Positions 1 to 12,871 of a DNA stretch of 64,000 nucleotides are shown one piece after another; within the stretch, counting starts at the first letter, position 1, and every line of letters starts with the position of its first letter. Both the position numbers and the translations under genes were made by a program. The notes under the pieces were generated by a model. The model was not told the DNA's origin. It was given only the letters and a program-made list of their open reading frames with translations, and searched no databases. The stretch comes from Octopus sinensis (lineage: Eukaryota): NCBI RefSeq assembly GCF_006345805.1, contig NC_043010.1, positions 10,850,001 to 10,914,000 of the forward strand, in the 5' to 3' direction.

Positions 1-817
1 GGAGGATATTGAAGAGCTGTGGGCCTCGGAAGCCCAGGCTATCAGATTTATGAAAAAACTTTTTGTTATACAATTTAGTTCCTCATGTTTGTTACTAGAT
101 TACATATGAGTTGCATCCCAGAACTGGTCGATGTGTTTTGTGTCTGTGTATGCATTGGTCATTCAGTTGTGTCTGTTTATGTTCTGCAACTGCTACTGTG
201 TTGTGTCATTCATGCTGAATATGTGGTTCAATGTTGGCTGCTTGACTGGTGCAAGCTGACTTCAGTCTCTCAACCATTTGCCTGTTGCTGGCTGTCTACC
301 CTCCTGTCATGTGTCTGACTGTATTTATAATGGACATCTGAGCTAGAAGAATTGACACACCCTAGGAGTAATTACTACCTATGTAGGTCACCTGCTGCCC
401 ACTTGAACCTTCAGTGACACGGCTCAGGTTGGAGGTTGAATGGAAATCCATCCATCACTTTTTGACGGGACAAAGAAATTTCTTTTGCACCTGCTCGGCC
501 AGTGGTGGATCAGGCTAGCAAGAATCCTTAGATTCAGAAATGCTAGTTTTTACATATGTATGGTGTGGGTTGCTGTCAATATATAAACATAATAGAGCAT
601 AGTATATTGTTTTGTCCAGGGGCCTGTTAAAATGCTAGGATGGCTCTACACAAAGCACAAGCTTTTCAGGAACATGTCATATACACACTGGCACAGGAAA
701 ATTCATTTCTGTAGAAAAAAAATTGTTTGGGGAAAATTTTTTAAACATTACTTTTAGCCATGTATTTTCATTACAAGTGTTGACAGTAGAGCTGCACGCT
801 ATTTACCCAAATATATA

Positions 818-1368
818 TATAATATAATAATAATAATTGTGAACAGTGCTCAGGTGCACTACAACTCATCTAAAGTGTATATATAATCAGGTGTAGTTTC
901 GGCGGATTTCGGAAAGCATGAGGGCCTTAAAGGATGCAGTGTCATGGGAGTTAACAATTGACGCAGGCAGTTTATTCCACGCTTCAGCAACCCTGAGTGT
1001 GAAAAAATGTTTCCGAAAGTCATGGGAGCTGTGTTGTTTTCTGACTTTGAAGGCATGTCCACGTGTGTTAGGTACATGAAGATCAAAAAGGTGTTCAGTG
1101 TTGTTGTTGGTGAGGTGGTTGATAACTTTGTGGGTGTTTACCAAGTCCATCGCCAGATGCCAGAGCTTCTGTGAATCCATGCCCAGGGAAGCAAGGCGCT
1201 CAGAGTATGGTAGGTGTCTGATGGAGGGTATGCGTTTGGTTGCACATCTCTGGACAGATTCCAGGAGGTCATTGTTCTGAGCAAGATAAGGGTTCCAAAC
1301 TGATGATGCAAATTCCAAGTGTGGTCGTACCATAGCTGTATACAGTTTTAAATAGATGGCTGGAGAGC
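818..1368 (-). mobile_element. 3' remnant of a CR1-like LINE (C-terminus of RT ORF2 plus 3' UTR)
   Basis: ORF 887-1399 reads LYTAMVRPHLEFASSVWNPY...LESVQRCATKRIP...YSERLASLG...TRGHAFKV...RKHFFTLRVAEAWNKLP, the typical CR1 post-RT motifs, and is followed by an AT-rich tail. Confidence 0.9.
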
Positions 1369-1630
1369 GGCTAACAAAACAAACAAACAAACAAAACAAA
1401 TCTCACAAATCTCACAAATCTCACAAAACAATAATCATACGTATGAGTGCATGTGTGTGTGTGTGTGTGTGTGTGTTTGTCTCTCTATCTGTCTGTGTCT
1501 GTGTGTGCAGTCATTTGTGCATGAGTGTGTGCTTGCATGTATGTGATAGGGAGTGTTACATATATGAGGTACACTACAAAAAAAAAAGAAAAAAAAAAAA
1601 GAAAAACATTTTCTACATGCAGCTGAGTAC

Positions 1631-1666
1631 CTTACTGACCTTACTGACCTTACTGACCTTACTGAC
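1631..1666. repeat. 9-bp tandem repeat (CTTACTGAC)x4
   Basis: Direct reading of the sequence. Confidence 0.95.
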
Positions 1667-1703
1667 CTCAGAAGATCAAAAGTGAGACAAATCTTTTTTT
1701 TAG
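1667..1703 (-). CDS. Candidate 37-nt exon (AKKKICLTFDLL), gene unknown
   Basis: Acceptor ttgctttttAG and donor GAG|GTCAGT; one open frame; no transcript evidence. Confidence 0.25.
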
Positions 1704-1857
1704 CTAAAAAGCAATCTACAGTTAATTGATCAAAAGACTTGTAATGCTTTTCATTAGGACTAACTAATGTATTCAAACACACCGTTGAGAGCCAGACAGT
1801 ATTTGGCCTTTTAACCCAGGGTTAAACAAGGACTCCACTTGAAAAGCTATTCTAATA

Positions 1858-2345
1858 CATACATGCATACATATATACATACATACATACATACATACGT
1901 ATATACATACATACATACATACATACATACATACATACATGCATGCATACATGCATACATACATACACACATACATACATACATACATAATACATACATA
2001 CATACATACATACACACATACATACATGCATGCATGCATACATACATACATACATACATACCTACATGCATACATACATACATACATACATGCATACATA
2101 CATATATACACACATACATACATACATACATACATACATACATAATACATACATACATACATACATACATACACACATACATACATGCATGCATGCATAC
2201 ATACATGCATGCATGCATACATACATACATACATACATGCATGCACACATGCATACATACATACATACATACCTACATGCATACATACATACATACATAC
2301 ATGCATACATACATATATACACACATGCATACACACATGCACACA
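1858..2345. repeat. Compound (TACA)n microsatellite with an internal ~210-bp higher-order duplication
   Basis: The variant block cctacatgcatac...atatatacacac recurs at ~2061 and ~2272. Confidence 0.9.
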
Positions 2346-2570
2346 CAAATATGTATACACAGAAACACAAACATATATATCTATATTTTGAAGTAATTTC
2401 CAACTAACGTCCTCTTTTGCCTTTGTGATAAAAGGTAATAGACTCTTTGGCTCAGAACTGCTTGTTTAAACAGAGTTATCCAAAGGGAAAAAAATTTACA
2501 AGTGTTTTTTACCGTCGATTAGTTTGTAGCTAGAAAACACCTGCATATATATATACATATATATATATAC

Positions 2571-2618
<48 letters not shown>

Positions 2619-2620
2619 GA

Positions 2621-3525
2621 TAAGAAAGTTTGTTTGGTAAAGCACGTGGGTGAATATATAAGAAAATAGTAAAGTGTGAAAAAACGACAGAAGGCTTAAA
2701 TGTTAAAAAATATATATTTTGTGTCAAAATGTCTGGAGATATTGGAAAAATTTTTTTCCTTTCCTTAAAATGACATAATTAAAAAATTTTTAAGAAATTA
2801 CCGGTTTCGCGTGTAGCTTTTCAATTTCTTGTGACGTTATGTTTATATTTGCATGGAATTATCGTTGTTTTTATTTCCAGGAGATTTCTAAATAAGGGGA
2901 GGTTAGTGAGTAATTTTTTTCCGGTGTAGGGGAGATAATCGCTTAAAAATTTTTTTTCCCTTCCTTGTTAATTCTCTGTGTCAGTATGTTCGGATGGTTG
3001 AGTCTGGGTTTGTACTTTTCAATGAAGAATGTTTCCTTGTTCAGTCTCATTTGTGTTGATGATCCGAAAGCACATTGGTAAAATGGGAAGATTAAAAATG
3101 TGGCAGTAGTTGCTTTGCGCATTTCTCAATGTGCTCACTAAAAGGTATCATTCTATATTCTGGGAATGCAATCTGTTGTCGATGCAGTGTGCATCTGCGC
3201 CTGAGTGATAGTCCCGTGGAACCCACGTAGTCTTGGTGGCAGCCCGAGCATTAATAACATAAATTATGTTTTCAGAGGCACAAGTAAAGTTAGATTTGAT
3301 CTTAAATTTGTCCCTCTTTAAAGAAGAATTCTGATCCTTCCAATACGTTAGGACATGTTGCACAGTTCGATCTACCACATTTTTTACTTTTGCATCCGTA
3401 ATTTTAGAAGACAATTTTGCCTTGTGAGAATCTTTTAAGTGATTTAGGCTGTTTGTAGCTTTTAATGATTTGGTGTATGTTTAGAATTTCCTTTAATTTT
3501 GGGTTTTATGAAGTATTGGTAAATT
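2621..3525 (-). mobile_element. Penelope-like element 3' remnant with a frameshifted GIY-YIG endonuclease
   Basis: Joining frames gives FTCASENIIYVI/CSGCHQDYVGSTGLSLRRRCTLHRQQI...SEHIEKC.../RLNKETFFIEKYKPRLN, the PLE GIY-YIG and C-terminal motifs. Confidence 0.85.
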
Positions 3526-3532
3526 CTGGGTG

Positions 3533-3568
<36 letters not shown>

Positions 3569-3619
3569 TACATACGTATATATATATGTGTGTGTATATA
3601 TATATATATTATATATATG

Positions 3620-3826
3620 TTTGCCATGATAGATTGTTAGTCGCTACACATTCTTTATATTCTCTCCTTATTTCCTCTCCTTCTTTCTTTCTGTGTTCCT
3701 TTCTGTGGAAGAGCATAGGCTCGAAATGTTAAAGACTTTTACATTTCTCGAATGTTAAACTAATACATCTGTTTGTTGTCTACACCACCTGTCTTTGTCT
3801 TTTGTTTTTTTGTGAACTCTCCCTAT
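3620..3826 (+). mobile_element. Short Penelope-type terminal fragment with a hammerhead-like motif (3699-3734), flanked by (TA)n
   Basis: CTTT-CTGTGGA-A-GAGC-ATAG-GCTC-GAAA-TGTT-AAAG. Confidence 0.6.
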
Positions 3827-4090
3827 ATATATATTTATATATACATGTAAAAGAAATCATTGAGATGAGGTTCAGTTGAATATATATATTCTTTTATTCT
3901 TTTTTTCTTTTTACCCATTTGACTGTCTATTGGTTACTTCAGATGTACATTTAGTGTTGTATTTGTATGCTGCTTTATGGAACTTGTTTTTCTGGAATTT
4001 TATACATTTCTGTTGTTGAATGTATATACTGTATTATCAGTTCAGGAGATTGTATGTAGTTCCATTGAATGTATATACTGCTACTGTATG

Positions 4091-4635
4091 AAGGAATTTG
4101 GTTTAGTGGTTAGGGTATTCAGCTCACAAATCCATAATTTGTGAGTTCAGTACCCAGTGGTGTATTACATCATTGAACAAACACTTTACTTCACATTGCC
4201 CCAGTCTACTCAGCTGGATAAAGTGAATAGTATCTGTATTTCAAAGGGACAGCCTTGTCACATTCTGTGTCACACTGAATCTCCCTGAAAACTGCATTAA
4301 CCCTTTTGTTACCATATTTCTGTTGAGATGCTCTGTGTTTCTTTCAATTAATTTTAAATATAACAAAGAATTTAGTAAAATGACGTAGTTATCATTAAGC
4401 TAGTGTTAGGAACATAAATTGTGACTAAGGATTGGTGAAAGATTTTAATTCAAAACTTATGAAAACAAGACATTTATACTATAGAGCCAGAGCTGGTTTT
4501 GGAAGGGTTGGTAACGAAAGGGTTAAGATTACACCCATTGGTGGAATTCTCATCCACGTGTGCATTAATTTCTTGAGCAGGCTGTTCCAAAAATTAGATC
4601 AACTGGAACACCTGTCATCATAACCAACAGAGTAA
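4091..4635 (+). mobile_element. SINE family C copy interrupted by a MITE
   Basis: tRNA-like head (TAGTGGTTAG...GAGTTCAG); body matches copies at 24560, 27664 and 35678; the sequence resumes after 4526. Confidence 0.75.
4301..4522. mobile_element. piggyBac-type MITE
   Basis: TTAA on both sides (4297-4300, 4523-4526); TIRs CCCTTTTGTTACC / GGTAACGAAAGGG. Confidence 0.85.
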
Positions 4636-4825
4636 CAGCTTCTTTATTTAAAGCCTATAGTGCTGTATCAAAGTTGGCAGTTGCGGTAATGCTGAATTCT
4701 GCCAATTGCAATTCTGTTTCTTAGTGAAAGTAATTCTATCATTTTCCCTCTTTTTCCAATTTTTCAAAATGGTTTTGCTACATTCATCGATATTACTAGT
4801 GTTTTATATTGTATGATCATACATA

Positions 4826-5385
4826 TGAGGAGTGGCTGTGTGGTAAGTAGTTTGCTTATGAACCACATAGTTCCGGGTTCAGTCCCACTGTGTGGCACCT
4901 TGGGCAAGTGTCTTCTACTATAGCCTCGGGCCGACCAAAGCCTTGTGAGTGGATTTGGTAGACGGAAACTGAAAGAAGCCTGTCGTATATATGTATATAT
5001 GTATGTATGTGTGTGTGTGTGTTTGTGTATATGTTTGTGTGTCTGTAATTGTCCCTCCAACATCGCTTGACAACCGATGGTGGTGTGTTTACATCCTCGT
5101 AACTTAGCGGTTCAGCAAAAGAGACTGATAGAATAAGCATAAAACTTTAAAATGAATATATTTTGAAAATATATATAATATATATATGTATGTGTATATG
5201 TTTGTGTGTCTGTGTTTGTCCCCCCCCCCCCGCAACATCGCTTGACAACTGATGCTTGTGTGTTTACTGTCTTGTAACTTAGCAGTTCAGCGAAAGAGAC
5301 CAATAGAATAAGTGCCAGGCTTACAAAGAATAAGTCCTGGGGGGGTCGATTTGCTTGACTAAAGGCGGTGCTCCAGCATGGCCAC
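4826..5385 (+). mobile_element. SINE family A copy with a duplicated 3' half
   Basis: Head GGAGTGGCTGTGTGGTAAG (A-box-like) and GGTTCAGTCC (B-box-like); the 3' half appears twice. Confidence 0.85.
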
Positions 5386-5740
5386 AGAGTATGAGGTCAT
5401 TTTGGACCTCATTAAATTTTCCATGAGTTTATCATTTATTTTGTGTAGTGTCGTTACCTTTATTTCATGATGCTGATTGTACAAGAAGATAAGAATTAGG
5501 ATGATGAAGATTACTGTGAGAGATCAATGAAATTTTGGTAATTAGTCTGTAAAATGCAACATCTACTGTAATTTATTTCACATGTTTTTTTAAATAATCA
5601 TTTTATATTTATTTTTTCCATGAATATTCAATTATCTGAATTTAGTTTGTATTTTTCACCCTGCAGCATATTACAATTTATATACCTTTATATATATGTA
5701 AGGTGTACATATGTGTGTGTGTGCTCACGTGTGTGTATGT

Positions 5741-5774
<34 letters not shown>

Positions 5775-5785
<11 letters not shown>

Positions 5786-6165
5786 GGTGGGAGAGCAGGA
5801 GGGAAAAAGAGAAAGAGAGAGGGAGGGAGGGAGGGAGATAGCAGGGGGGGAAAAGAGTAAGAGAGAGGGGGGAGAGAGCAGGAGGGAAAAAGAGAAAGAG
5901 AGAGAAAGAGGGAGGGAGAGAGCAGAAGGGAAAATAGAAAGAGAGAGAGGGAGCAGGATGGAAAATAGAAAGAGAGAGAGAGAGCAGGAGGGAAAAAGAG
6001 AAAGAGAGAGAGTGGGGAGGGAGAGAGCAGGAGGGAAAATAGAAAGAGAGAAAGAGAGAGAGGGAGGGAGAGAGCAGGAGGGAAAAAGAGAAAGAGAGAG
6101 AGAGGGAGAGAGGGAGGGAGAGAGCAGGAAGGAAAAGAGAAAGAGAGAGAGAGAGAGGGAGGGAG
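5775..6165. repeat. Polypurine minisatellite (~30-35-bp unit GAGAGCAGGAGGGAAAAAGAGAAAGAGAGA)
   Basis: About nine recurring units read directly. Confidence 0.85.
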
Positions 6166-6306
6166 AGCGCGCATGCACTCTTTATAACAATAATTGTTTC
6201 GGATAAATAAAAGTGGTTTGAAAAGTTCATGGCATTCAGACATGTTTTACTTATTTTTCTTTGAAACTTTTTGACAAAAAACATTAATCCACACACTTGT
6301 TACAAC

Positions 6307-6367
6307 CTTTTCTGGATCTCTTTCAAAACCACATGCTATTGCTGATTTCAGCAAAGAAACCGAAGAA
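6307..6367 (-). CDS. Candidate exon (SSVSLLKSAIACGFERDPEK), gene unknown
   Basis: Acceptor atattctttgttgtAG; weak donor AAG|GTTGTA; only one of the three frames is open. Confidence 0.3.
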
Positions 6368-6540
6368 CTACAACAAAGAATATGATTTGTGCTTCAGATT
6401 TTAAGATCTTTACTGTTACATGTCTGTGTGCATTAACTGGAATTGATTGAATCAGCTAATAGTATTTAAGTAATTTATTTGAGTACGAAGTTAATCTTAA
6501 TTTATCTCAGAGCTAAACGAGTCAATATAATTCTGATATA

Positions 6541-6949
6541 GGCGCAGGAGTGGCTGTGTGGTAAGTAGCTTGCTAACCAACCACATGGTTCCGGGTTCAG
6601 TCTCACTGCATGGCATCTTGGGCAAGTGTCTTCTGCTATAGCCCCGGGCCGACCAATGCCTTGTGAGTGGATTTGGTAGACGGAAACTGAAAGAAGCCTG
6701 TTGTATATATGTATATATATATATATATATTTGTGTTTGTGTGTTTGTGTTTGTCCCCCTAGCATTGCTTGACAACCGATGCTGGTGTGTTTACGTCCCC
6801 ATCACTTAGCGGTTCAACAAAAGAGACCGATAGAATAAGAACTGGGCTTACAAAGAATATGTCCCGGGGTCGAGTTGCTCGACTAAAGGTGGTGCTCCAG
6901 CATGGCCGTAGTCAAATGACTGAAACAAGTAAAAGAGTAAAGAGTAAGA
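6541..6949 (+). mobile_element. SINE family A, full length
   Basis: GGCGCAGGAGTGGCTGTGTGG head, internal (TA)n(TG)n, (AAGAGT)n tail. Confidence 0.92.
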
Positions 6950-7143
6950 GTATGTCATATGAACATATGCCATGTAATATTTTAAAATCAACAATTTTAG
7001 GTAGCATTATTCAATTTATAAAACACTAAGAGAGAAAAATGGGGTTAGTAATTAGAATAGTCTTGATAGTTTATTAAACCAACCATTGACTGAATTTATC
7101 AAATAATTTGTCAAAAGAAAAATATCTAATTAAAAGGATTATA

Positions 7144-7308
7144 GGTGCAGGAGTGGCTGTGTGGTAAGTAGCTTGTTTACCAACCACATGGTTCTGGGTT
7201 CAGTCCCACTGCGTGGCACCTTGGGCGAGTGTCTTCTACTATAGCCTCGGGCCGACCAGAGCCTTGTGAGTGGATTTGGTAGACGGAAACTGAAAGAAGC
7301 CCATCGTA

Positions 7309-7359
<51 letters not shown>

Positions 7360-7998
7360 TTGTGTGTCTGTGTTTGTCCCCCTCACATTGCTTGACAACC
7401 GATGCTGGTGTGTTTATGTCCCCGTTACTTAGCAGTTCGGCAAAAAGAGACTGATAGAATAAGTACTGGGCTTACAAAAAGAAGAAGTCCCGGGGTCGAG
7501 TTGCTCGATTAAAGGTGGTGCTCCAGCATGGCCGCAGTCAAATGACTGAAACAAGTAAAAGAGTAAAAAGAGTATGAGGTGATGCTGAAATGTTCCTGGC
7601 TTTAAGGGTTATCATGAAAGGCTTGGTTGGAGGCCCAACCTTCCAAATTTTCTTTTACAGGGATTAGAAAAACTATTTCCTGCTCAGAGTGTGAATCTGA
7701 GCAGGGAATATGTTGAATGAAATTATAATTGACTGATCCTTTTGTATTTTCTTTTACCCAAAGCCAGGAACTTTTTAGTACCCCATTATGTGTGTAAGTT
7801 TGTGTGTCTGTGTTTGTCCCTCCAACATCGCTTGACAGCCAACGGTGGTGTGTTTACGTCCCCGTAACTTAGCGGTTCGGCAAAAGAGACCATAGAATAA
7901 GTACTAGGCTTACAAAGAATAAGTCCTGGGGTCGATTTGCTTGACTAAAGGCAGTGCTCCAGCATGGCCGCAGTCAAATGACTGAAACAAGTAAAAGT
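7144..7998 (+). mobile_element. SINE family A full copy (7144-7572) plus a 3'-half copy (7786-7998)
   Basis: High identity to 6541-6949. Confidence 0.9.
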
Positions 7999-8452
7999 GT
8001 AAAGTGTGTAAGTGTAATTAAAAGGATTAATTATATGAATATGAAAACAATTAAAAAGAGAAAAGTAAAACATATTTCACAAGAATTCCAATTGTAATTA
8101 TTATAAGAACAGCTGATTTTCAGGAAGTCACTCACTAGTATATTCCAATCTCTAACCCATATATATATATGCTGTTTCCTTCATCTACCTTCTCTGCTGC
8201 TACTTATAGTGGCTTATAGTTTCTCAGAGCTGGTTACCTCATACTATATTCACTCAGTGTCACCTGATTCACACATCTTTTCTCTTCTCTTCTCATTCCC
8301 CATATTGTGTTTACATCTCCATAGCCTAAACTAGTCACTATAATCTTCCTTCCATTGCAAATTGTCAACCTCTTGAATTCTATCTTCTCTGACAATATTT
8401 TTTCTTGCAGCTGTTCATGAAGATATCAGAAATTTTGTCTCATTTGGTCTAA

Positions 8453-8795
8453 AGTCGTATGACAACCACCGTTATATATATTTTGTTTATCCATTACTGT
8501 TTTCAATTTCGTTTTCGTCTCTTGTATTTACATCCGTCTCTTGCGTTTACATTCTTGTCTTCTACCAAGAAATCTAATGCTTACAGCTTAGTTTTTTTCT
8601 TGGGGCTGGCCGAGTTGGAGCAAATATCAGAATTGAACAGCCGAAATTTGCTATGATGATTCGGTGTCTGACTGAAGATTGAAGGCTTCGAATGATTTGT
8701 CTGTGTTCCGTGTTCGTCCCTTCCTGTATTTCACGTTCTTTATATATAAAAACATTTATTCTTATATTATCGCGGCGTTACGTGCACCCCCCCGT
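8453..8795. mobile_element. Unclassified CpG-retaining interspersed repeat fragment
   Basis: CpG-rich relative to its flanks and ends at a C7 run followed by (TA)n; class not determined. Confidence 0.35.
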
Positions 8796-8797
8796 TT

Positions 8798-8841
<44 letters not shown>

Positions 8842-9093
8842 CATTCTTCCTCTCAGATTCCATCTACCAAATTCGTTCATAATTCATAAGTCATTAGTCA
8901 GCCGAGAGATATAATAGAAAATTTTTGCCCAAAGTACCAAAGTATTGTACAATGGGACTGAACCCAAAACCACATGATTGCAAAGCTACCTGCTTAACAA
9001 CTCAGCCATGAGTGCAACTATATTTTTTCTTTCTTTTTATCTTTTTTGTCATTTGTTTTATGTTTATTATAACAAGATCTCAGAATTGAACAT

Positions 9094-9508
9094 ATACTCT
9101 TTTTACTCTTTTACTCTTTTACTTGTTTCAGTCATTTGACTGCGGCCATGCTGGAGCACCGCCTTTAGTCGAGCAAATCAACCCCGGTTCTTATTCTTTG
9201 TAAGCCCAGTACTCATTCTATTGGTCTCTTTTGCTGAACCGCTAAGTGACAGGGACGTAAACATGCCAGCATCGGTTGTCAAGCAATGCTCGGGGGACAA
9301 ACACAGACACACAAACACTCACACATACATATATACACATATATACGACAGGCTTCTTTCAGTTTCCGTCTACCAAATCCACTCACAAGGCATTGGTCGG
9401 CCCGGGCCTATAGCAGAAGACACTTTCCCAAGATGCCACGCAGTGGGACTGAACCCGGAACCATGTGGTTGGTTAGCAAGCTACTTACCACACAGCCACT
9501 CCTGCGCC
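9094..9508 (-). mobile_element. SINE family A, full length
   Basis: Reverse complement of the family A consensus. Confidence 0.92.
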
Positions 9509-9698
9509 TGCAATATGCTGCAATATAATATCTTACCACTATCTTTCAATGTCTACATCATTCCCATTTTCAGCTCAACGTTAAAAGCAATAAATGCAAA
9601 ACACATTTTTGTCTAGAGAAGATACTATGCATTTTGTTCTGCTTAATTTGAAAATGCTTCATTCAAATTAAAAACATTTCAAAACAATAAAGCTAAAA

Positions 9699-9729
<31 letters not shown>

Positions 9730-10166
9730 ACAAATAAGCATTCCTTTCAGGGTTTGAACCTCAGATATTTATATTTATATTTATGTATAAAAAAAATAAA
9801 TAATACGCAGTGGGGGAAAAATTGTTAATGAGATGAAACAATGTGACACATGAACATTGTTAGTGAAGGTATAACACTTTAAACAGATGAAATTAGTGAA
9901 CCTATAAACCCTTTGAAATTCTATTAATAATTTACAAAAACAATACTTTTAATAATGTGGTTGTCTTCTGGCATAAAACAGCTTTTAAAAATAAACATAC
10001 ATCTGTTTCAGCATCTATACTTGCTAATGAGCTCGTATTGTTATCTGAAAAGTGTCTGTAACAAGCCAATTATTGATCAAAACAGCCAGCTTCTAATATC
10101 GCTGGAACATTGGCTGTTGTTATTATAGTTGCTATTGCTGTTTTAACCCTAAGTCAACCATGATGG

Positions 10167-10575
10167 GGCGCAGGAGTGGCTGTGTGGTAAGTAGCTTGCT
10201 AACCGACCACATGGTTCCGGGTTCAGTCCCACTGCGTGGCATCTTGGGCAAGTGTCTTCTGCTATAGCCTCCGGGCCGACCAATGCCTTGTGAGTGGATT
10301 TGGTAGACGGAAACTGAAAGAAGCCTGTCGTATATATATATATATGTGTCTGTGTATGTTTGTGTGTCTGTGTTTGTCCCCCTAGCATTGCTTGACAACC
10401 GATGCTGGTGTTTACGTCCCCGTTACTTAGCGGTTCGGCAAAAGAGACCGATAGAATAAGTACTGGGCTTACAAAAGAATAAGTCCCGGGGTCGAGTTGC
10501 TCGATTAAAGGCGGTGCTCCAGCATGGCCGCAGTCAGATGACTGAAACAAGTAAAAGAGTAAAAGAGTAAAAGAG
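10167..10575 (+). mobile_element. SINE family A, full length
   Basis: Head, internal microsatellite and (AAAAGAGT)n tail present. Confidence 0.92.
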
Positions 10576-10837
10576 TATGATTGAGCCAACTTATGATCAA
10601 AGGTTTTCCCAACCATGACCAACTTGTGTATGTGTGTGTCTGTTTGAATAACTATGACTATATTTTCTTATATGACTTTATTTTTTCCATATTTGTGACA
10701 GTCAAGTAATTTTTTGCGGTGGAAAGGGAGGAATTCACTGTTATTTCTAGCATGTCTAATGACCATATAAAAGCTCCCCCTTTTTTTTTTTTTGGTGGGT
10801 GGGCTGAATGGTAGTGAGTCACAAATATGAGACTTAC

Positions 10838-10858
10838 TTTGATGAGAAAGTATCTGAT
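10838..10858 (-). CDS. Candidate 21-nt microexon
   Basis: ttttattctttcaAG|ATCAGATACTTTCTCATCAAA|GTAAGT; open in all three frames. Confidence 0.3.
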
Positions 10859-11167
10859 CTTGAAAGAATAAAATTCAGTTTTCAGTGTAATGCAGATTTT
10901 AGTCACTCATCTCGGTCTCTCTCTCTCTCTCTCTCTTATTTTTCTCCCCCCCCGCTCTCTGCCTCCTCTCTCTCTTTATCCCTCTCTCTCTCTCTCTCCT
11001 CTCTCTGTCTCTATCTATCTATCTATAAATCTTTCCTCTCACTCCTAAATAGGACAAGCCTGAATTATTACATAGAAACATGTTCCTTTCCCCAATAGAG
11101 TAATTAAAGATTGATGCTCTGAGCTGCCTAATAATTTAAAGGTTTCTCTTGTCACATAATGACATAC

Positions 11168-11371
11168 TTTTAATAGCTAAGTTGTAAGCTCGGATTTCCT
11201 TGTAAGTCATTTCCGAAGAAGATTGGCAAATAAAAAGATGTTGGCCAATACGATTGTGCGACTGACAAAGCAGATTATATTACAAGTTCCACAGCTTTCT
11301 TAGAAAGACATTTTGGTTGATGGCGAACAGGAAAATCAATTTCTATCCATGTAATGGACATATTGTGGAAG
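11168..11371 (-). pseudogene. Possible frameshifted AGC/NDR-kinase-like C-lobe fragment
   Basis: Removing one A near 11280 gives TWIEIDFP...LSKKAVELVYNLLCQSHNRIG...IRAYNLAIK; ends at AAA|GTATGT. The similarity is judged by eye only. Confidence 0.3.
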
Positions 11372-11679
11372 CTGCATTAAGCATGCGTCTTGTGTATTAC
11401 AACTGCCAAGATGTTGCGTATATTTCCTTGGAAATATTTTGATATTAATCCTTCAATTATGGATAATATAATATACAGCTGATATGGAATATAGGAATTA
11501 ACTTTATCAGCCGTAATTTGTAGTAAACAAATGCTTCTAAAATGCTTACAATCCAAATTTATAATAATTCTTATCAATAATGACGGCATATGCACATGCA
11601 TATACATTTATATACATACATATATATATATAATATATACATATATATATATCATATATACGTATGTATATACATTTAT

Positions 11680-11747
<68 letters not shown>

Positions 11748-11958
11748 GTATATATATATATAGCATGTATGTATATAAATACATATTGGAAAACAAATAA
11801 CGGATTTATATATGTGAGCAATTAACAAATATATTTATTGTAGCCTGGAGAGGATTTGTTTGCATCTAAGCTACTAACAAATATAGTCATGTAATTCTTT
11901 TAGAAATTATATGACATGTTTTCATCTTTAAACATTACATAAAGGAAATTTGTTTGTT

Positions 11959-11996
<38 letters not shown>

Positions 11997-12261
11997 TATC
12001 GTTTACTGCTAAGATTTTCACATTACTAACTATTCAACCAAAGGCAGAATATCTAGTTAATCTGTTTTGGGAATCACAAGGATTTTATAAGGTTTGTACA
12101 ATATCTATAGTTTCGTCAACGTTAAATAGATGGGAGATATATCTTCTCGTTGGAGAGGTTGTTAGTCTATCACATGTAGATTTTTTTCCCTACAGGAAGA
12201 AGAAGAAGTGAAGGAAACAATACAAGCTTGTTGATTTGGCAGCACAGCCATTGAGTGGTGC

Positions 12262-12667
12262 ACCATCATCATCATCATCATCCTCATCATCATCCTCATC
12301 AACATTCTCATCATCATTCTCATCATCATCATCATCATCATCAGCTTCATCATCATCAGCTTCATCATCATCATCATCATCATCCTCATCATCATCATCA
12401 TCATCATCCTCATCATCATCATCATTGTCGTCATCATCGTCATCATAATTCTCTCTATCAGTGTCATTGTCATCATCATCATCATCATCCTCATCCTCAT
12501 CATTCTCATCATCATCATCATCATCATCATCATCAGCTTCATCATCATCAACATTGTCGTCATCATCGTCATCATAATTCTCTCTATCATTGTCATTGTC
12601 ATCATCATCATCATCATCATCATTGTCGTCATCATCGTCATCATAATTCTCTCTATCATTGTCATTG

Positions 12668-12698
<31 letters not shown>

Positions 12699-12735
12699 CA
12701 TTCTCATCATCATCATCATCATCATCATCATCAGC

Positions 12736-12766
<31 letters not shown>

Positions 12767-12834
12767 GCTTCATCATCATCATCATTGTCGTCGTTATCGT
12801 CATCATAATTCTCTCTATCATTGTCATTGTCATA

Positions 12835-12871
<37 letters not shown>

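Noticed and set aside
6541-6610. tRNA genes at SINE heads
   Set aside because: They have A/B boxes but no complete cloverleaf, and continue into the SINE body.
8660-8705. CTGAAGA...GAAG/CTTC...GAAT hammerhead-like motif
   Set aside because: No stem I pairing and GAAA is not intact.
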